64,000 bases of DNA from an uncultured bacterium (GTDB taxonomy: Bacteria; Hydrothermota; UBA3073; NMUJ01; CBEVQO01), in assembly GCA_965552055.1 (NCBI GenBank), contig CBEVQO010000005.1, positions 13,373-77,372 of the forward strand, read 5' to 3'. The notes beneath the pieces were generated by a model. The model was not told the origin of the DNA, ran no database searches, and worked only from the letters and a program-made list of their open reading frames with translations. Position numbers and translations under genes: made by a program. Within the stretch, counting starts at the first letter, position 1, and every line of letters starts with the position of its first letter. This document shows positions 17,055-30,820 of the stretch, one piece after another.

Positions 17055-18029
17055 TTACCACATTCCTATTGCTTCCTTAACTTCCTTTAAAACCTCAGAT
17101 GCAACACTCCTTGCACGCTTCGAACCTTCAAAAATTATATCCTTAACATCTTCATCTTTTAAACTTTTAGCCCTCTCTCTAATCTCTCTGAAAAACTCCG
17201 ATAACTTTTGGGATGCCTCTTCCTTACACGCTACACAACCTCTTTTACCCTCCCTGCATTCCTTCTCAATGATACTTAAATTCTCTGCATTAACAAGGTT
17301 GTGATAGGCGAAAACAACACAACCTTCGGGATGACCAGGGTCATTTTTTCTTATCTTCTGAGGGTCTGTAAAAGCCTGCATAACTTTTTCTTTTATAACT
17401 TCAGGCTCATCTCTCACCAGTATATAATTTTTCAGCGATTTTGACATCTTTTTACCGTCAATCCCCGGTACTTTCGGTGACCTCGATAGAAGTGGCTGTG
17501 GCTCAGGGAATATCTTTTTATAAAGCGAGTTAAACCAGCGAGCAATTTGACGGGTTAATTCAAGATGAGCAAGCTGGTCTTCACCCACAGGTACTTTATT
17601 CGGCTTATACATCAAAATATCAACCGCCTGTAAAACAGGATACCCCAGTAACCCATAATTAACTTTTTCCCTCAAACCATAATCCCTTATCATCTCTTTG
17701 AGTGTTGGATTTCTTTCGAGCCAAGGCACAGGTACAAACATCGAAAAAATTAAATGCAATTCACAATGCTCGGGAACAAGCGATTGCAAAAAAATTACAG
17801 ATTTTTCAGGAGATATACCGGCAGAAAGCCAGTCCTTAGTCATTTCAATTATATTTTCCTTCAATTTAGATGTATCTTTATAATCTGTTGTCAATGCATG
17901 ATAATCTGCCAGCAAAAAATAACATTTATATTCATCCTGAAGTTTCAGCCAGTTACTTAAAGCACCAAAATAATTACCAATGTGAAGCTTGCCTGTTGTA
18001 CGCATACCAGATAAAATATTCTCTTTCAT
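17055..18029 (-). CDS. trpS: Tryptophan--tRNA ligase
   Basis: Class I signature HIGN (GKLHIGNYFG) and KMSKS (KKMSKSLKN); length 324 aa. Confidence 0.9.
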   Translation of the reverse strand: MKENILSGMRTTGKLHIGNYFGALSNWLKLQDEYKCYFLLADYHALTTDYKDTSKLKENIIEMTKDWLSAGISPEKSVIFLQSLVPEHCELHLIFSMFVPVPWLERNPTLKEMIRDYGLREKVNYGLLGYPVLQAVDILMYKPNKVPVGEDQLAHLELTRQIARWFNSLYKKIFPEPQPLLSRSPKVPGIDGKKMSKSLKNYILVRDEPEVIKEKVMQAFTDPQKIRKNDPGHPEGCVVFAYHNLVNAENLSIIEKECREGKRGCVACKEEASQKLSEFFREIRERAKSLKDEDVKDIIFEGSKRARSVASEVLKEVKEAIGMW

Positions 18030-18264
18030 TTCAATAAGATTTCGAGTTTTTTAGCAAGATATAAGAGCATTAAAAACAAAGCAAGCAGAATTATCAATAA
18101 TTTGTAGTTGGGCGAAGGACTTTTTCTTTCTGAAAATAATCTTCTCATTATCATACTATAAATTATCGTCAAATTACAAGGATGTCAAGAATAAAATGAA
18201 AAATTTGAATTGACATTTTTGTGAAATAAACATAATGGTTAGTGCGTTATATTAAAAAGGGGGT

Positions 18265-19107
18265 GTGATGAGGTATGTATTGTTAGGAGTGATATGTTTG
18301 GGACTGGTGGTAGGATGTGCTCGTAAGTGGATTTCGGATGAAGAAGCGATAAGGGAACTCATAGATGAGCTCGGCTATCTGCTGGGTGCGGGCGAATATT
18401 ACGGTAAGGAAACAGGGGATACCACTGTTACTCAAGGTAAGGGATATGCCGGGGTGTTCTGGTACAGAAGTGTCGATAGTGTGAGCGTAGATCTTAAAGT
18501 GAATATAAATGGCGATTCCGCATGGGTTGAAATAGAAAGAATGATTTACGGAGTATTCCACAGGTTTCCTTTCGATACGATGCCAGCAGGTACTCTGGTT
18601 GATAAGCCAAAAGACCTAAAAGATAAAATCACAAGATATGCTATTTTCAGGAAGACAGGTAAGCCGAGGCGTCATCGTGGATGGTGTTTGCATAAATTGT
18701 CGGGAGCTATGGCAAAATCACAACTTGGAGGTCCCGATATAAAGATTGATAGTGTGAAGTTGATATTGAAAGGCGATACGATAACGATAAGAGAGCCCTT
18801 TGAGTTTACAGATACTGTGAATATTATTGAATGCCAGCAAAATGAAGAAATTGAAGTTTATGCCTATGTATCTCCCGATACTGTTCCTGTTCTTGTATTT
18901 TTACATTTTCCAGGTAATCAGCGCCACATAAGGAGGAGATGCATGATAATAAGTGATGGGGTATTTTATGGTGAGTGCAAGGTAGGCAGGAAGGGTTATG
19001 GAAGATTGGGAGTAGATGTGATATGGAGTCCAACATTGTTTGAAGATGATGAGAGTACTTATCCTTACTGTTCGAGGGCATGGATTATAAATATAAGGTG
19101 CAAGTGA
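18265..19107 (+). CDS. Hypothetical lipoprotein
   Basis: Signal peptide with lipobox LVVGC (MMRYVLLGVICLGLVVGCAR); no recognisable catalytic motif. Confidence 0.5.
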   Translation: MMRYVLLGVICLGLVVGCARKWISDEEAIRELIDELGYLLGAGEYYGKETGDTTVTQGKGYAGVFWYRSVDSVSVDLKVNINGDSAWVEIERMIYGVFHRFPFDTMPAGTLVDKPKDLKDKITRYAIFRKTGKPRRHRGWCLHKLSGAMAKSQLGGPDIKIDSVKLILKGDTITIREPFEFTDTVNIIECQQNEEIEVYAYVSPDTVPVLVFLHFPGNQRHIRRRCMIISDGVFYGECKVGRKGYGRLGVDVIWSPTLFEDDESTYPYCSRAWIINIRCK

Positions 19108-19140
19108 GGAATAAAATTTTGAGATTTTTAAAATTTTAGC

Positions 19141-19169
19141 TTGACAAATTGATATTTTGAATATTATAT
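19141..19169 (+). promoter_or_regulatory. rRNA operon promoter P1
   Basis: agcTTGACAaattgatattttgaatattatat: -35 TTGACA at 19141-19146 with a TAtnaT-like -10 15-17 nt downstream. Confidence 0.5.
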
Positions 19170-19207
19170 AAGTGGGTTCTTTGGATTGAAAAAGTGAAAA
19201 AAGAAGC

Positions 19208-19237
19208 TTGACAAATTGGGATTTTTGATAATATAAT
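19208..19237 (+). promoter_or_regulatory. rRNA operon promoter P2 (tandem duplicate of P1)
   Basis: agcTTGACAaattgggatttttgataatataat: TTGACA 19208-19213, TATAAT-like 19231-19237. The ~67-bp unit agcttgacaaattg...ttctttg is repeated from P1. Confidence 0.55.
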
Positions 19238-19261
19238 AAGAGAGTTCTTTGAAAATAAAGT

Positions 19262-20818
<1,557 letters not shown>

Positions 20819-20851
20819 TTTCTCTCCGGGCAGCACACTTTATTTTTTTAT

Positions 20852-20923
<72 letters not shown>

Positions 20924-20924
20924 T

Positions 20925-20996
20925 GGGGATGTAGCTCAGTGGGAGAGCGCCTGCTTTGCAAGCAGGAGGTCAGGGGTTCGAATCCCCTCATCTCCA
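20925..20996 (+). tRNA. tRNA-Ala (anticodon TGC)
   Basis: Acceptor GGGGAUG/CAUCUCC with G3:U70, anticodon loop UUUGCAA, T-loop GGTTCGAAT. Separated from tRNA-Ile by 1 nt. CCA not encoded. Confidence 0.9.
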
Positions 20997-21040
20997 TGGG
21001 AAGCGATTTAGTTCTTTGACAATCAAGGCAGATGAGCATC

Positions 21041-24047
<3,007 letters not shown>

Positions 24048-24087
24048 GATGCTCATCTGCCTACTTTGTAATTAACCTGTTTTTAAC

Positions 24088-24157
24088 GCCCCGACCGCCT
24101 TCTTAATATTGTCCCTTAGAGGACCTGTGTAAGAATAAGGGGTCGGGGCTTTTTTTT
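24088..24157 (+). terminator. Rho-independent terminator of the rRNA operon (long nested hairpin plus T8)
   Basis: gccccgacc (24088-24096) pairs with ggtcggggc (24141-24149), with inner complementary segments ttctta/taagaa and gtcc/ggac, followed by 8 T at 24150-24157. Confidence 0.6.
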
Positions 24158-24160
24158 ATT

Positions 24161-24266
24161 ACGAGCGATAGCGAGTTTATTACATAAGGGTCTTTTGTCA
24201 CACCCCGACCGAAGGGAGGGGTGTGCACATGGGAAGGTGGGGACTGGGAGGAGGGGCTAAAAATAA
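24161..24266 (+). repeat. Intergenic GC/G-tract-rich repeat, copy 4 (opposite genomic orientation)
   Basis: Reverse complement reads tttttagcccctcctcccagtccccaccttcccatgtgcacacccctcccttcggtcggggtgtgacaaaagacccttatgtaataaactcgctatcgctcgt, colinear with copy 1. Oriented toward the downstream plus-strand promoter. Confidence 0.5.
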
Positions 24267-24273
24267 TTTTTAC

Positions 24274-24300
24274 TTGACTTTGTGACTTTCCTGTTATAAT
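24274..24300 (+). promoter_or_regulatory. sigma70-like promoter (TTGACT-N15-TATAAT) for the downstream envelope gene cluster
   Basis: TTGACT 24274-24279, TATAAT 24295-24300. The first ORF start (GTG 24307) lies 7 nt after the -10. Confidence 0.45.
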
Positions 24301-24306
24301 AAATAG

Positions 24307-24678
24307 GTGTTGCAAATTCTTTTAATATCTGTAACTATTGAATGTTATGTATGGGGTCAGGTTCGTAATCCCGGTGCTTATGAATTATCTCCCTCTTCTA
24401 ATTTAATTGAGTTAATATCGCGTGCAGGTGGTCCCACAGATTATGCTGACCTTTCTCGTATAAAGGTACTGAGACACGATAAAGTTTATAAAATCAATTT
24501 GAAAAAATTTTCCCGTGATGCTTTTTTTATTCTTGAACAGGGTGATGTGGTAATAGTCCCCCCTAACAGGACATATAAAATTAAAAAATATCTCGAGAAT
24601 ATGATGATACTTATATCTTTTCTTGACATCTTGAGATTTGGTTTAGAACTTTACTGGAGGTTATATGTCGCTAAATGA
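24307..24678 (+). CDS. SLBB-domain protein related to polysaccharide export (Wza-like); possibly 5'-truncated
   Basis: VWGQVRNPGAYELSPSSNLIELISRAGGPTDYADLSRIKVLR...GDVVIVPP matches the SLBB/polysaccharide-export motif. No signal peptide or lipobox; GTG start abuts the promoter. Confidence 0.45.
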   Translation: MLQILLISVTIECYVWGQVRNPGAYELSPSSNLIELISRAGGPTDYADLSRIKVLRHDKVYKINLKKFSRDAFFILEQGDVVIVPPNRTYKIKKYLENMMILISFLDILRFGLELYWRLYVAK

Positions 24679-26575
24679 TTTATATTTACTTTTGAAATCG
24701 CGTTATAAACTTTTTATCCTATTTTTTTCATTGGTTATTATTGTTTGTATTGTTTATTATGAAGTATCTGAGCGTATTTATGAAGCTAAAGGTACTTTGT
24801 TAATAGAGACGACTCCCCGTCCTATTTCTATTTTTACCGAGATAACGGCTTATTATTTACCGACCATGCGAGTTGAAAATCAAATAAACATTATGAAGAG
24901 TTTACAATTGCTGGAGGAACTGGTTGATAGTTTGCCATCCGAGATAAAGAGCAAAATTATAAAAGGTAATCCTTCTCCTTCCCGTTTAAAATTGGTGAAG
25001 TATATAAGGAAGAGGCTCAATATTTGTCCCCGTCGTAATACAGACATAATAGATGTGAGATTTGCTTCTCATTATCCCGAGGTAGCGCGTGAGATAGTGA
25101 ATACTCTGATGAGGTTGTATATTGCATTTGATTTGAGGGAGAAAAGGCGTGCAGCCCGTGAGTTTAAGAATTTTATAAAGCAAGAACTGGAACATGCTCA
25201 GAAGCAGTTAACAATTATTGAAGAATCTTTAAGAGTTTATAAAGAGAGATATAAAATTTATGAACTGAGTACTTATGCGAAGGGTTTAGTTTCAACGATA
25301 GAAGCTTTTGAGCGTCAATTAAATAAGGCACTTATAGATAAAGCTGAGATAAAGAGCAAACTGGATTATTTGGAGTCACAGATAGTAAAGCTTGCTGATA
25401 CTTCGCTTACTTCTGATTTTAACACTCCTGTTCTTCAGGAGTTACAGTCATCTCTTGCCGAGCTTGAGCGTAAGCGTCTCGAATTATTATTGAAAGGATA
25501 TAGTGAAGCTGATCCAAAGTATCGTAGCATTTTGAAGCAGATAGAAGAGACGAAGGGAGAAATAAATAAGCGTTTAAGAGAGATAGCAGAGAATGTGTAC
25601 AGTACGGTGCCTGTGGAACAGGTTAGTGATTTACTCAGTAGTTCTCTTGAGTTGCGTGGTGAATTGATAAGTGAGGAAGCGAAGATTTCAGCTTTGCGTT
25701 CTGTTATTTCAGTTTATTCTAGGAAATTGCTGTCTTTACCTCGTCATGAGATGGAGTTAGCGCGTCTTGAGCGTGCTCGTCAATCTTATGAAAATGTTTA
25801 TCTTTTATTGTTGAAAAAATATCAGGAAGCTATGATTAGCGAAAGAGAGAAAGTTTCAAATATAAGGGTTCTGGAATGGGCGGAGCTTCCCCGTTCACCT
25901 GTTCGTCCGAAGTTTTCTTCTGTTTTTGGTTTTGGGATAATAGGCGGTGTTATTTTATCTGTTGCACTTACTTTGTTGATTGCCATTACTGATGTAAAAG
26001 TTCGTCAGGATATTGATTTGCGTAAAATAGGTGAGAGCGGTCTTCCTTTGAATGAAATTTTATATAATGTTTACCTTCAGAAGGGTAAAGTCAAAAGGTT
26101 ACTCATATCTTCTGCTGATGAGAAATTTTCTTCTTTGAAGATCATTTCTTCTTTGCTTTCTGAATTGAAGGTGAAAGATTTGCGTGCGGTTATAATAGAT
26201 GCTGATTATCTTAGTTTTTCTCTTACGCGTATTTACTCAAAAAATGAGACGAATTTTCTTTCGTTGTTGCGGGGAGATGAATTTAAATTTGATGAGATTT
26301 TTTCAAATGTTCATTTTATAGGCATTAAGGATACACATTCTCTATTTTTACCGAGTTATGAAGATAGATTAAAGGATGTATTTCTGGAGCTTGATAAAAA
26401 ATATGACTGTATTATAATGCATTGTGCTCCGTTATGTAAGAGTAAAGACTTTTATTACTTATCTAAATTTTTTGATGTTGCTATAATAGGGATAAAGAAA
26501 GGAGAGGTTAATTTAAACTTTTTGAGAGAAGTGAAATCTAATGTTGAAAATAGTTTGTTTGTACTTGTTGATTAG
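24665..26575 (+). CDS. Polysaccharide chain-length determinant (Wzz/Wzc-like) with degenerate C-terminal kinase-like domain
   Basis: N-terminal TM plus Wzz-like region, long coiled-coil, second TM (GFGIIGGVILSVALTLLIAITD). C-terminal domain has Walker A'-like AVIIDADY and Walker B-like DCIIMHCAP, but no GKS/T P-loop. Confidence 0.6.
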   Translation: MSLNDLYLLLKSRYKLFILFFSLVIIVCIVYYEVSERIYEAKGTLLIETTPRPISIFTEITAYYLPTMRVENQINIMKSLQLLEELVDSLPSEIKSKIIKGNPSPSRLKLVKYIRKRLNICPRRNTDIIDVRFASHYPEVAREIVNTLMRLYIAFDLREKRRAAREFKNFIKQELEHAQKQLTIIEESLRVYKERYKIYELSTYAKGLVSTIEAFERQLNKALIDKAEIKSKLDYLESQIVKLADTSLTSDFNTPVLQELQSSLAELERKRLELLLKGYSEADPKYRSILKQIEETKGEINKRLREIAENVYSTVPVEQVSDLLSSSLELRGELISEEAKISALRSVISVYSRKLLSLPRHEMELARLERARQSYENVYLLLLKKYQEAMISEREKVSNIRVLEWAELPRSPVRPKFSSVFGFGIIGGVILSVALTLLIAITDVKVRQDIDLRKIGESGLPLNEILYNVYLQKGKVKRLLISSADEKFSSLKIISSLLSELKVKDLRAVIIDADYLSFSLTRIYSKNETNFLSLLRGDEFKFDEIFSNVHFIGIKDTHSLFLPSYEDRLKDVFLELDKKYDCIIMHCAPLCKSKDFYYLSKFFDVAIIGIKKGEVNLNFLREVKSNVENSLFVLVD

Positions 26576-28295
26576 TCTTGGTGATGCTTTTCTTTTTGAG
26601 GAATCCGGTAATTACTCTGTTGCTATAGAAGAATACAGGAAATTTTTGAAAGATGATTTAATATCTGATTTTGCTCATTACAGAATAGGTTTTTGTTTTC
26701 AAAAGCTGGGAATTTATGATTCTTCTTTGAAGTATTACAAGATAGTTGTAGATAGTTTTCCTTTCAGTTCTTTTTATATTGATGCTTTGTTAAACATTGC
26801 AGAATGTTATTATGCACTTTCCATTTCTGATAGTGCTGTTTCTTATTTTGTTAAGTTGATGAATTTTTCTGATGATTATAAAGATTTATGCTTGTTTCGT
26901 TTGGGCACAATCTTTTATCGTCGTAAAGAACCCGTGTATTTAAATTTTTATCTCGAACTTGCTCGAGAATATCCAACATCTCCTTATTGCCTTTATATAC
27001 TTGATAAATTACCAAGGGACAGTGCATATTTAAAAGCATTGATTTTGTATAATCATAGAAAATATTATGAAGCTCTTAGATTTTTGCGAGGCACCAGTAA
27101 AAGAGAGCTTTTGTTGAAAGCCAAATGTTATTTTGGTTTGAAAAATTACAGAAGTGCGCTTAAGTTTTTTGAACTCGCTGGAGATTTTTATAATGCCGGA
27201 GAATGCTGTTATAAGTTAAAAGATTATGATAAGGCTTTATCTTTTTATTTGAAATCCGGGACAAAATGTGGTTATGCGAAAGCGGGTGAGCTTTTTGAGA
27301 AAAAGGGAGATATTGCATCTGCCATAGAGTATTATGGTAGGAGTGGTCTATCCTATTACCTGATAAGGGCAGGAGTTTTATGTTTGAGGTTGAAAAAATA
27401 TGAAAAAGCTCTTCTTTATTTTAAGCGTGTAAAAGGCGATGCCGGACTATACTGGCGATATAGGGTTTATAGTGAGATGAAAAAAAGGCGAGCCAGAGCA
27501 TTGGTTAAAGAGCTAAAGAGAAAATATCCTGTGTCGTATTATACATATCTTTTATGTAATGGTGAATCTCATTTTGATTTGCCGTCGTCTTATAAATTTT
27601 CCGGTAGTTCTAATGGTTTGACGCGTAGTGATTATTTTCATTACAAAAGGATGGAAATTTTTCTGCGAGAGGGGCTTCGTTTTTTTGCTTATCGTGAGTT
27701 AAATTATATAAAGACGGATGCAGGTAAATTCTGGCTCAAGGTAGCGAAACTTTTGCACCGATATGGCGAAGATAAAAAAGCAATTATGATAGTTGAGAGA
27801 AAGGTATATAATGGTGGTATTCCATCGAAGGAAATAGCTGAGATTTTGTATCCATTGAGGTATAATGATGTTATAGATGAGCTCTCTGTTGATAAGTATC
27901 TTTTGCTTGCTCTCATAAGGGAGGAGAGTCATTTTGACCCTGTTGCTGTATCTCCTGCGAATGCCATAGGTTTGACGCAAATAATTCCCTCTACCGGTAA
28001 ACAAATCGCAAAAGAGATGGGTTTAAGATTTTCCATGAGTTTATTATTTGACCCTGTTATGAATATTAAGATGGGTGCGTATTATTTGAAAAAATGTCTG
28101 AAAATTTTTGGCGGAGAGAAAATTTTAGCACTTGCTGCTTATAATGCTGGTCCTTTTGCTGTGCAAATATGGCTTTCGAAGTATGGAGGTAGATTGGATG
28201 AATTTGTAGAGTTAATCCCTAATTCACAGGCTCGTAACTATGTTAAAAAGGTTTTGAAAAGTTATTGGGGATATAAAATAACTTATGGAGGGTGA
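26541..28295 (+). CDS. Soluble lytic murein transglycosylase (Slt-like; TPR-like superhelical N-domain plus SLT domain)
   Basis: C-terminal SLT motifs LLALIREESHFDPVAVSPANAIGLTQIIP and AAYNAGP; N-terminal Tyr/Leu-rich helical repeats. Confidence 0.7.
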   Translation: MLKIVCLYLLISLGDAFLFEESGNYSVAIEEYRKFLKDDLISDFAHYRIGFCFQKLGIYDSSLKYYKIVVDSFPFSSFYIDALLNIAECYYALSISDSAVSYFVKLMNFSDDYKDLCLFRLGTIFYRRKEPVYLNFYLELAREYPTSPYCLYILDKLPRDSAYLKALILYNHRKYYEALRFLRGTSKRELLLKAKCYFGLKNYRSALKFFELAGDFYNAGECCYKLKDYDKALSFYLKSGTKCGYAKAGELFEKKGDIASAIEYYGRSGLSYYLIRAGVLCLRLKKYEKALLYFKRVKGDAGLYWRYRVYSEMKKRRARALVKELKRKYPVSYYTYLLCNGESHFDLPSSYKFSGSSNGLTRSDYFHYKRMEIFLREGLRFFAYRELNYIKTDAGKFWLKVAKLLHRYGEDKKAIMIVERKVYNGGIPSKEIAEILYPLRYNDVIDELSVDKYLLLALIREESHFDPVAVSPANAIGLTQIIPSTGKQIAKEMGLRFSMSLLFDPVMNIKMGAYYLKKCLKIFGGEKILALAAYNAGPFAVQIWLSKYGGRLDEFVELIPNSQARNYVKKVLKSYWGYKITYGG

Positions 28296-29445
28296 TATGA
28301 AAGCGTTAATTGTTTTGCTTGATGGCGTAGGTGTCGGCGAGCTTCCTGATGCTGCTGAATACAATGATGCTGGTAGCAATACTTTGGGTAATCTTTCGCG
28401 AGTGGTTGACCTTCATCTGCCCAATTTCACAAAACTTGGTCTCGGTAATATAATTGATATAAAGGGGGTGCCTCCTGTTTCTTCGCCTCTCTGTTGTTAT
28501 GGTAAAATGGCAGAAAAATCAAAAGGCAAGGACAGCACCACCGGTCACTGGGAGATAATGGGTGTAATACTTGAAAAGCCTTTTCCTACTTTTCCTCAGG
28601 GTTTTCCTCGCGAAATGCTTGAAAAATTTGAAAGAGCAATAGGCAGAAAAGTGCTGGGTGGCTATCCTGCATCGGGTACAGAAATTATAAAAGAGTTAGG
28701 AGAAGAACATATGAGGACAGGATATCCCATTGTTTACACATCTGCAGATAGTGTCTTTCAGATAGCAGCACATAAAGATGTTATACCTTTAGAGGAGCTG
28801 TACAAAATGTGCGAGATAGCGCGTAAACTTTTTCCGGATATAGGGAGGGTGATAGCGCGTCCTTTTGTTGGCGAGCCGGGAAACTTTACTCGCACACCGG
28901 AGCGCAAAGATTATGCCTTACCACCGCCAGAAAAAACAGTTCTCGAAATCTTAAAGGAAAATGGAATAAAAGTAATTACAATTGGAAAGGTTGATCAGAT
29001 CTTTTGTGAAAGAGGAGTTAGCAAAGCGATTCATACAAAGAATAATCGTGATGGAATGGAGAAAATTTTGAAAGTTTTAGATGAAGAAGAAAATTGTCTA
29101 ATTTTTGCTAATCTAATAGATTTTGATATGTTGTGGGGGCATCGCAACGATTGTGAGGGCTTTGCGCGTGGTCTTGAAGAAGTAGACAGATGGCTTCCGG
29201 ATTTATTGTCAGCCCTTAAAGAAGGTGATTTACTTATAATAACATCTGACCATGGAAATGACCCCACTACTCCATCTACCGACCATTCCCGTGAATATGC
29301 CTTGTTGCTCGCTATGGTAAAGGGAAAGACAAAAGGAAAAAGTTTGGGAGTTAGGGAATGTTTTTGTGATGTAGGAGCCACAATTTGCAAATATTTTGAT
29401 ATAGAGCCAAAGAGGGGCAAGAGTTTTCTCGATTTATTGCTATGA
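28285..29445 (+). CDS. deoB: Phosphopentomutase
   Basis: Collinear with DeoB blocks: LLDGVGVGELPDA, TGHWEIMGV, LGEEHMRTGYPIVYTSADSVFQIAAH, RVIARPF, ITSDHGNDPTTPSTDHSREY. Likely start at the internal Met MKALIV. Confidence 0.85.
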   Translation: MEGDMKALIVLLDGVGVGELPDAAEYNDAGSNTLGNLSRVVDLHLPNFTKLGLGNIIDIKGVPPVSSPLCCYGKMAEKSKGKDSTTGHWEIMGVILEKPFPTFPQGFPREMLEKFERAIGRKVLGGYPASGTEIIKELGEEHMRTGYPIVYTSADSVFQIAAHKDVIPLEELYKMCEIARKLFPDIGRVIARPFVGEPGNFTRTPERKDYALPPPEKTVLEILKENGIKVITIGKVDQIFCERGVSKAIHTKNNRDGMEKILKVLDEEENCLIFANLIDFDMLWGHRNDCEGFARGLEEVDRWLPDLLSALKEGDLLIITSDHGNDPTTPSTDHSREYALLLAMVKGKTKGKSLGVRECFCDVGATICKYFDIEPKRGKSFLDLLL

Positions 29446-30122
29446 GTGAGATAAAAAATTATGAGAATTTGAAAAAACTTGCGTTAAATTATGGCATAAA
29501 GCTTTTTGGTGTATGTGAGATAACGGAGGATATGCGAAAGGAGTTTCATCCAGAGATTTTAGAAATTTCCAAAAATTTAAAATTCGGGATAGCACTTGGT
29601 TATCCACTTGATAAGAAAGTAATTAAAGGGATTAAAGATAAGCCAACTTTGATTTATAAGCATCATTATAAAACGGTAAACTGGCTTCTTGACCAGGCAT
29701 CTGAATTGATATCTTTATATATTCGAGAACAAGGTTTTAGTGCGCTTTCGATTCCCGCGTCCCAGGTTGTCGATTTTGAAAAACAATTGGGTCATTTGTC
29801 TCATAAAATGATTGCAAAGAAAGCGGGATTGGGTTTTATTGGAAGGTCGGGTCTGCTTATAAATCCACATTATGGACCTGCTGTAAGATATGCTACAATA
29901 TTAACAAATTTTCCATTAAAAATTGATGAAGAATATAAGGGCGATTGCGGAGATTGCATGCTTTGTGCAGATGCATGTCCTGCTGGTGCAATAACAAAAG
30001 AAGGTTATGACCGCTGGAAATGCTATCAAAAATTAAAAGAATTTGCTGGAATGAGGGGAATAGGTGTTTGTATTTGCGGTATCTGTATAAAAGTTTGTCC
30101 GTATTCAAAGATTGAGGAGTAA
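29442..30122 (+). CDS. QueG-like 4Fe-4S protein (epoxyqueuosine-reductase family core, short form)
   Basis: GLGFIGRSGLLINPHYGPAVRYATILTNFPL followed by CGDCMLCADACPAGAI and CICGICIKVCP. 226 aa, shorter than canonical QueG. Confidence 0.45.
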   Translation: MSEIKNYENLKKLALNYGIKLFGVCEITEDMRKEFHPEILEISKNLKFGIALGYPLDKKVIKGIKDKPTLIYKHHYKTVNWLLDQASELISLYIREQGFSALSIPASQVVDFEKQLGHLSHKMIAKKAGLGFIGRSGLLINPHYGPAVRYATILTNFPLKIDEEYKGDCGDCMLCADACPAGAITKEGYDRWKCYQKLKEFAGMRGIGVCICGICIKVCPYSKIEE

Positions 30123-30820
30123 GAAAGAGATAAGAGAATACATTTGGGATTTATTGTATAAGAAAGGGGTATGGGATTTTCCTCCGCCTTATGGTCGCAT
30201 TCCGAATTTTAAAAACGCAAAGAAATGTGCGGATTTAATTAGAAAAATGGAAATATGGAAAAATGCAAAAGTTTTAAAGATAAATCCTGACAGTCCACAA
30301 TACTGGGTTAGATATTATTGCTTATGTGATAGGAAGATTTTAGTAATGCCGACTCCCCGTCTCAGGGAAGGTTTTTTATTGCTTGAACCACAGACTATAC
30401 CTGAAAGCGAGTACAGATATGCAGCGAAGATAAAAGGTGCGTTTATGTGGGGTAAAAAAAGTGAAACCCTGGGATTTACCCGAGATAGACCTTATTGTTG
30501 AGGGTTCAGTTGCTGTTACGCTAAAAGGTGCGCGTATAGGCAAGGGCGAGGGCTACGGCGAAATAGAATACGCTATTCTAAGACAATTTGGCAAGGTTAA
30601 AGAGGAAACACCCATTGTGACAACGATTCACAATTTACAAATAGTTGATGATTTTGAAATAGATGAATGGGATGTTCCCGTTGATTACATAGTTTTGCCA
30701 GATAAAATAATAGAAACCAGGACAAAAATAAAGAGACCTGAAGGAATTTTATGGGATAAATTGAAAAAAGAGAAACTAGAAGAAATACCTTTGTTGCGTG
30801 AGATAAGGAAATTAAAGTAA
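30112..30820 (+). CDS. 5-formyltetrahydrofolate cyclo-ligase-like family protein, interrupted by a frameshift in an A7 run
   Basis: Two overlapping ORFs (30112..30501, 30437..30820) in different frames. The second carries GARIGKGEGYGEIEY and DEWDVPVDYIVLPDKII, resembling the 5-FCL G-rich and C-terminal blocks. Removing one A from the run at 30454-30460 fuses them into a single ~235-aa protein. Confidence 0.45.

Noticed and set aside
18030-18264. T-box leader upstream of trpS
   Set aside because: The ~130-nt leader after the minus-strand promoter has no T-box consensus sequence and no convincing specifier/antiterminator structure. It was left as a plain 5' UTR.
24048-24160. 5S rRNA downstream of 23S
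   Set aside because: The interval is ~110 nt but consists of the processing-stem arm, an AT-rich stretch and a hairpin plus T8. None of the conserved 5S sequence blocks are present, so it is read as a terminator.
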